Assembly: GCA_030605615.1 (NCBI GenBank) | Contig: JAUWHZ010000024.1 | Span: forward strand, 1,680 to 65,679 | DNA: 64,000 nucleotides | Reading direction: 5' to 3' | From: Atribacterota bacterium | Lineage (GTDB): Bacteria > Atribacterota > Phoenicimicrobiia > Phoenicimicrobiales > Phoenicimicrobiaceae | Shown here: piece by piece, positions 59,301 through 64,000 of the stretch | Layout of the letters: each line of letters begins with the position of its first letter | Numbering within the stretch: position 1 is the stretch's first letter | Made by a program: the position numbers and the translations under genes | Notes under the pieces: model-generated | The model's input: the letters and a program-made list of their open reading frames with translations, nothing else | What the model was told of the DNA's origin: nothing | Database searches by the model: none

Positions 59301-61312
59301 TTGCTTAAAAATATATACTGTATCTTTTCTATATCTCTTCGATAAAATTCGATATATTTTTTTACAATGCTTTCATCCAAACCTAATAATTCAACTATCT
59401 TCATATTTAAATAATTTTCAGCGGGGAACACTGAGGCAGATATATTGTGAGTAAATATTTTTTTTAAGTTATCTATAAATTTAGATTTTTTATCAATTTG
59501 GGATATTAAATCATATACCACCTCTAAAGCAGTAAGCCTAAGATTTTGATTCTCTTTTTTTAACATTTTTATAATATAATCAAATAATTCCTTTACAGAT
59601 TTTTCATCTGAACATATAGATATATGCCTGGCAGTTTTTATTAAACACAATTGAATATCTTCATTAGTATACAGGTCTTTTTTATAGTGTTTCAGAACAA
59701 TTTTTCTATAATTGCTTACCTGATTATTACGACAGTTAGAAAAAAGAGAAGAAATCATGTTTTCCGTGCTATTAATAATTCGAGATTGATGAAGAGCAAG
59801 CTTTTTATGATCTGGCTGTAAAAAATATTTTAAATATCTTTCTAATAAATTAAAACTGGTAATAGTTAGTGCTTTAAGACTAACGTTCCGAGGAATTTCC
59901 TTGCGGTAATCTTCGCCAAAACTTGCGATTAATAAACCGATAAGTTTTGCACTTCTCCTTCTTATTTCATCTTCCGGATGAGTTAATTGTTCATATAAAT
60001 ATCTCAAGGTAATCATCTTTTGTTTTTGAGTCAAGTAGGTGGAATATTCATTAAATATTTGTAAATATTCCCGTAGATTGTTCCAATCTTTTTCACTTCG
60101 GGCCAATTCTAAAAGTGAATTAAGAGAAGATTCATCTCGAAGTTCGTGCATCAAGTTTATATTATGTTCTATAGAAAGAAATTTTATATTTTGGATAACT
60201 TCTTGGCTATGCATTAGAGAATAATAAGGATTTCTATCCTTTTTAGATGGACATATCTCCTCATTTTCTAAATTCACATTTACCCCTAAATTTATCATAT
60301 AATCTTCAAAGTCTTTTAATTTCTCATAAACTCGGCAATATCTTTTTCTTTTTTTCTCATTAATATTATCCAGTTTGTCTAAAATTATTTGAAAAGAATC
60401 TTTTAGACTAAAAATTCTCATCTCCTCTTTAGTGCCATTATTCGCATTTTTAACCCGAAAATCAGAATAAATTAATATAAGTGATTCCAGGGGTAAATTT
60501 TCCAATTCTAAATCCCAAACAGAATGGTTAACCGCAACGTGTCCAATATAAAAGATATTATGTTTTTTAAACCACATATCAGTATAATAATAATGTAAAT
60601 AGGGAGTTCTTTCTGTCTCAACATCTTTGCATCCATATTTTCCAATATCATGTCCTGCTGCTGCTCCCGAAATCCTACCCAAATCAACGGGAAGACCCAG
60701 ATTATATAACTGCCTGCCGATAAACAAAGCAATCCAATTGACACCACATATATGGTCAAGGGTATTGTAGTTTAAAATTTCCTGGCTTAATTTCATCATC
60801 TCATAAATGTATTCATCATTAAATGCTTTCAAAAATCTTTTATGCTCAGCAGGATTTTCTAATTTGTTTTTTTCTTCAGAACTTAAAAAATTAAGAGGGT
60901 ATTTGCTTTGGAAAATAGAATAATCAGATGACTTCTGAAACTCTGAAATCACTCTCAAAAATTCTAAATAGAGCAAGAAAGTCTTTCGGCAATTATCGGA
61001 GATATCCTTAACAGATAGATCTACTGCTTCCGGGAAAGATTTTGATAGTGCAAACTGATACACCTGGTAAAGCCAATTAGCAGGATTATGTTCTTTATCT
61101 AAATCAACAAGCATCTCCTGACATAAAGAATATACTGCTTTACAACTATAATCTTTATTTTCTACTATGGATAATAATCTATTCGAAAATAAAGGGCTTT
61201 CAATATATTTTTTAACAAATTCTTTCTCCAAGGAAATATTATCTAATATCTCTGGATTCAAAATCTTTTTAGATATTTTTTTAGATAATTCTTTAACAAC
61301 AGTTTTATTCAT
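56390..61312 (-). CDS. 1640-aa multidomain protein: HD + HEAT-like + NadD-like nucleotidyltransferase + GNAT-like + PRTase-like
   Basis: H...HDIGK...H...H...D; HEAT-like helices; FPGAFDPFSLSH, GSD and ISSSQIR; VILIDDYLHKG. Confidence 0.8.
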   Translation of the reverse strand: MNKTVVKELSKKISKKILNPEILDNISLEKEFVKKYIESPLFSNRLLSIVENKDYSCKAVYSLCQEMLVDLDKEHNPANWLYQVYQFALSKSFPEAVDLSVKDISDNCRKTFLLYLEFLRVISEFQKSSDYSIFQSKYPLNFLSSEEKNKLENPAEHKRFLKAFNDEYIYEMMKLSQEILNYNTLDHICGVNWIALFIGRQLYNLGLPVDLGRISGAAAGHDIGKYGCKDVETERTPYLHYYYTDMWFKKHNIFYIGHVAVNHSVWDLELENLPLESLILIYSDFRVKNANNGTKEEMRIFSLKDSFQIILDKLDNINEKKRKRYCRVYEKLKDFEDYMINLGVNVNLENEEICPSKKDRNPYYSLMHSQEVIQNIKFLSIEHNINLMHELRDESSLNSLLELARSEKDWNNLREYLQIFNEYSTYLTQKQKMITLRYLYEQLTHPEDEIRRRSAKLIGLLIASFGEDYRKEIPRNVSLKALTITSFNLLERYLKYFLQPDHKKLALHQSRIINSTENMISSLFSNCRNNQVSNYRKIVLKHYKKDLYTNEDIQLCLIKTARHISICSDEKSVKELFDYIIKMLKKENQNLRLTALEVVYDLISQIDKKSKFIDNLKKIFTHNISASVFPAENYLNMKIVELLGLDESIVKKYIEFYRRDIEKIQYIFLSNLKTSTSGIIKKIQIELLLEHTLKSKQEEIYTALHFCNILKVSGIEDIRNLAGQTLVNLMSCLSFQQRNDIAIELLRALEMEDYQFTKYIPYYLGQLILYLTPNELEELIDDLIEKIKQSDPKLSSLLLRTVGIAIANYPKYRERFSEKEKSYENRLSKMIGILLNGFVHYNLKVKQAAFRVIGREIFGSRHLSLEEKNHIFQLIAKKILTLLAPVNKEGLMFLINCTGLNYMYKFISDYSFFKGSINLETPDKIAFFPGAFDPFSLSHKEIIKAIETLGFEIYLAVDEFSWSKRTQPHLFRKNIINISIADELNVYLYPEDLAVNLANLTDLETLRENFPFSEVYIVVGSDVILNASAYKRNKRKNSIHTFSHIVFDRRNSYTIDEKEKRIQEAIEEIRGETIKLNLTPRYEEISSSQIRSNIDENRDISKLIDPLAQKYIYENSLYQREPQYKSVIQTISIDVQIIENITPDLIEELCQKIFSKYNRNEVSKKLVEFTHKLNPRILLLRDVRHNGMILGFSTFHWVRSNILFQEFKDNLISEYIRENAVGRIIVIDGVFTISDMENRSELENLEQVILTETLSFCIEKDYNYAIFRNTLNNYPLTSLNENLELMGFYRLSFSEKDNPVFVVDISKPCIVNLDTETIIKEPFSRNLNIKKSVITSRKKLLKSLTTFYPGNIVLPFNINLLNQTIVKKVCKINDVPTKPLTLRALGESMCVPFGKILNKMVVPNTVTKSLHTEKIFASDMKSFEIDAFPNYMSLENQVKMIRSFDMPVILIDDYLHKGYRIRTLEPLFKKYDIEIKKIIVGALSGSGKEIATMLNRDIECAYFIPNLRLWFNESELYPFIGGDALRRKIRSQGNLVRSINLILPYTFPSFIKNISGKIIYNFSEVCIKNALTILEALENEYQVIQQRKLTLDHLGEVIIYPRYPDQGEDMDYNLNLSPSHYLRNSLELLRRTKGMVEREQ

Positions 61313-61385
61313 TAGAAGATACCTTACCTTCTTTATACATAAAAAAAATCGATAATTTTGTGGATATAATATCTTTCTAATCCTT

Positions 61386-61415
61386 ATTATAACTGAAAAC
61401 TGCTGAATTTTACAA
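61386..61415 (-). promoter_or_regulatory. Sigma70-like promoter for the three-gene module
   Basis: TTGTAA-18-TATAAT about 75 nt upstream of the ATG; SD AAGGT. Confidence 0.55.
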
Positions 61416-61561
61416 TTAAATCATATTATCTATTATGAATAGATAAAGATGTTTTTGTGGTTTATTGCGGAAGAGCGAAAATAGAAAGGCTTTAAATTTT
61501 AAAAATAATAAGGGGCACGATTAGATTAGATTATGTCGTACCCCTATTGTATTTATTATAT

Positions 61562-62392
61562 TTATTGTATGATAATTATTTTGCCTATTCCACTCTCAAT
61601 ATAGTCTTCTTTATATTCTTCTCTAAATAATTCTCGACAGCGATCTCCCGAACAGTGGGAAGGAGCAACCTTTTGAACACCTATTTCCTTAAATCCTTTT
61701 ATAATATTTCTTAATCCTAAATCAGAAACTCCGGATAAATGAAAACCACCCATAACTAAATAGATATTTTTATCTGGCAATATTTGGTTAGCCCTTTTAG
61801 CAATATTTACCACCCCTGGATGAGCACAGCCAGTAATAATTACTAAGCCTTTCTTAGTATTTAAAACTAAGGACTGTTCTTTTATCCAGGTCCCCATCTC
61901 ACCAGTAGTATATATATTGTCAGAGATTTGCACAGATCCTTTTACATCTTGATATTCTGCTCCATGAGATTTTATCTCTCTTCTTATCGAATTGGGGAAA
62001 GAAGAAGGGATATAAACTTTTACATCTCCATTCTTCGCTAAAAATCCTGCTAGTCCTCCCACATGGTCTCCATGAATATGAGAAATAACCACTATATTTA
62101 TATCTTTAGGATCTATTTTCATCTTTTCCATATTGGAAAGTAAAATAGAACTATTTCCTCCAGTATCAAAAAGAATATTTATGGTAGGTGTCTTGATTAC
62201 ACAACCAAACCCCCAGCTGGTAGTTAAATTAGGATCAACTCGATAATTGTCATAAATTACTATTATGGAAATATTTCCTTCAATGGGAAAAGTTGTTGTT
62301 TCCTCATTTTGGGACTGACAAGAACATTCTATTGACATTGCTATAAGAGCTAATCCAATTAGTAACCAGAAAGAAAGAAAAATCTTATTCAT
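61562..62392 (-). CDS. MBL-fold metallo-hydrolase with N-terminal signal
   Basis: LFDTG, SHIHGDH, TGCAHPG, GGFHL and PSHCSG motifs. Confidence 0.88.
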   Translation of the reverse strand: MNKIFLSFWLLIGLALIAMSIECSCQSQNEETTTFPIEGNISIIVIYDNYRVDPNLTTSWGFGCVIKTPTINILFDTGGNSSILLSNMEKMKIDPKDINIVVISHIHGDHVGGLAGFLAKNGDVKVYIPSSFPNSIRREIKSHGAEYQDVKGSVQISDNIYTTGEMGTWIKEQSLVLNTKKGLVIITGCAHPGVVNIAKRANQILPDKNIYLVMGGFHLSGVSDLGLRNIIKGFKEIGVQKVAPSHCSGDRCRELFREEYKEDYIESGIGKIIIIQ

Positions 62393-62574
62393 ACGTTATA
62401 ACCTTCTTTTTAATAGTTGTAATTCTATTTAATTGCTCATATTTTGATTTAATTTAAACTCTCTACCATAAATCATTTATTGAGCTAGTACATTAACCAT
62501 TATCTATACTTAATTTATGCTCTGCATTAAATTAAAAAACTTAACAAGTTTTGATATAATCCGCCAAAATACAT

Positions 62575-62853
62575 CTAATCGATAACCTTATCAAATTGTT
62601 CCACCGTTATTGCTGGAACACTATTAAATGAAATCCCAGTTAATTTATTCAAGGCTACTGAAGATTTTATCACGTCATCTACACTAGGAAAATTTACAAT
62701 AAAAAGCAAATCATTTTCTCCTAATAGGGCATATTGAGAGACTATTTCTCCACCATTTTTTTCAATAAGGTTATTAGCCTCTACTGTACGTGCAGCACTC
62801 ATTCCCTTTATAGCTTCTGACGAATATTTTCCAAACATTAAAAATGTTGTCAT
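62575..62853 (-). CDS. GYD-domain protein
   Basis: 92 aa, GG...QYALLGENDLL pattern. Confidence 0.78.
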   Translation of the reverse strand: MTTFLMFGKYSSEAIKGMSAARTVEANNLIEKNGGEIVSQYALLGENDLLFIVNFPSVDDVIKSSVALNKLTGISFNSVPAITVEQFDKVID

Positions 62854-62955
62854 CGGTATCCCCCCTTTTCAAGAACTCCGCTTATTTAATAAATTTACAA
62901 TTTAAAAATAATAAGCTAAAATCCATAATCTAAGATAACAGAATATTGTACTAGC

Positions 62956-63498
62956 TCAATAAATTTTCAATTTTTCAAACCAAAGAGAAATTTCTCTCTT
63001 CGCCTCCTCAACTGTTTCCGAGGCATGAACCAAATTTTGTAAGGCTCGTCTTTCTTTTGTGGAAAGGTCAGGTGAATCTATCGAAAAATCACCCCGTATC
63101 GATCCTAATTCCGCAAAAAGAGGAACCGTATTCCCCACTATTTTTCTTACAACTTCAATAGCATGATTTCCACTTAGGACAAGGGCAACTACTGGTCCTG
63201 AAGTTAGATGTTGAATCAGCCATTTTCTGACCAGTTTACCAACTTCCAGGGCGTCATCGGTACCTAAATCCTCTGCAATATTTAAATTATATTTTTTATA
63301 GGTATCTACAGCCTTTTTACCCATAGATCTAATCCAGTTTTTATTATCAGGATATTGTTTTTCAACAATTTCAGGAGTAGCATTTACTATTTTCATTTCT
63401 TCCAACCTTAGCCCTACTTTTTCAAACCTCGAAATGATTTCCCCAACCAGGCCTCTTTTAAATGCGTCAGGTTTTATTAAAACCAATGTTCTTTCCAT
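62956..63498 (-). CDS. ndk: Nucleoside diphosphate kinase (long form)
   Basis: ERTLVLIKPDA, SGPVVA, GSIRGDF and NLVHASE motifs. Confidence 0.95.
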   Translation of the reverse strand: MERTLVLIKPDAFKRGLVGEIISRFEKVGLRLEEMKIVNATPEIVEKQYPDNKNWIRSMGKKAVDTYKKYNLNIAEDLGTDDALEVGKLVRKWLIQHLTSGPVVALVLSGNHAIEVVRKIVGNTVPLFAELGSIRGDFSIDSPDLSTKERRALQNLVHASETVEEAKREISLWFEKLKIY

Positions 63499-63609
63499 TC
63501 TTCAATTCACCTCTAAATTCTTTTCCTTATTCCTTTCATTATCCAAAAGCTAGCCTATCTAAAAATCAAAAGCTGATTATTTTCTTTTAAAAATTATGTA
63601 TAATTTATA

Positions 63610-63638
63610 ATTCAATAACATCTTTCAAAAATCCTTCT
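63610..63638 (-). promoter_or_regulatory. SigH-like promoter upstream of ndk
   Basis: GAAGGA-18 nt-GAAT. Confidence 0.5.
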
Positions 63639-63718
63639 TTTTATATTAAAAAATAAAAAAACCCTTCAGCTTGATTGTCAAAAGGCGGGTTATTTTCTTG
63701 GCTTCCCTCCTTTTAATA

Positions 63719-64000
63719 TCAATAATTCACAAAATATTTAAGGGTGAAGTTAATGAAAGTATGGGTAATGAATGCCGGCCAGAACGATTTTCCCCGATAG
63801 GCAATATATCCGAACCATAATCCCATCGGAATACACATCAGTATTTCTATTTCAGGTTTCCCAATATGAAGAAGCACAAAGGGAACCATCTGTATTAGTA
63901 TGCTTCCTTCTTTAAATCTTTCCTTAAGTCCGAACAGAAGAAAACCGCGAAGTAGAAATTCCCAGGCAAAAAGAAGCGGAACCATTTGAGTAAAGAAATT
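63719..64000 (-). CDS. CPBP/CAAX-family intramembrane protease (5' end outside window)
   Basis: WEFLLRG, F.LLH and H..IN motifs. Confidence 0.85.
   Translation of the reverse strand, partial: NFFTQMVPLLFAWEFLLRGFLLFGLKERFKEGSILIQMVPFVLLHIGKPEIEILMCIPMGLWFGYIAYRGKSFWPAFITHTFINFTLKYFVNY

Noticed and set aside
56390..61312. Giant protein as a known anti-phage defence system
   Set aside because: No NTPase, nuclease, TIR/SIR2 or cyclase motifs recognised, and the context is housekeeping rather than a defence island. Not excluded, but unsupported.
4544..61355. Numerous short shadow ORFs overlapping the long genes
   Set aside because: Antisense or alternate-frame overlaps of well-supported CDSs, with no recognisable motifs.

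Overview
AT-rich bacterial chromosome segment with Firmicutes-like gene order. It is plausibly Atribacterota/JS1-like, but that is an impression only. Nearly every gene is on the minus strand; rqcH/NFACT is the one plus-strand gene. In transcription order (right to left) the window holds a partial CPBP protease gene, ndk, a GYD protein and an MBL hydrolase. Next is an uncharacterised three-gene module: a 1640-aa HD/HEAT/NadD-like/GNAT-like/PRTase-like protein, a divergent LDH/MDH-fold enzyme and a tandem flavodoxin/Fe-S flavoprotein. Then come rlmN, tRNA-Ile2(CAT), a DUF164-type protein, rnpB, a dcw cluster lacking murD, nrdR-nrdD-nrdH-nrdG and an internally deleted pgeF. A proline/sarcosine-dehydrogenase-type complex and a liv ABC transporter follow, then phoU, a start-frameshifted yggS, yggT, divIVA, DUF167, T-box-ileS, lspA, lgt, rluD and rqcH. 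The left end is yicC-remA-gmk-rpoZ-coaBC-priA-def-fmt-yugP-rsmB-PASTA-dprA. Intergenic spacers carry several small repeat families: GTAG REPs, BoxC-like G4/hairpin units and inverted heptamer arrays. The best novel-system candidate is the module at 53916-61312. Also notable are a helicase-dead PriA and an apparent AUA start for fmt. All calls come from reading motifs; no database searches were run.
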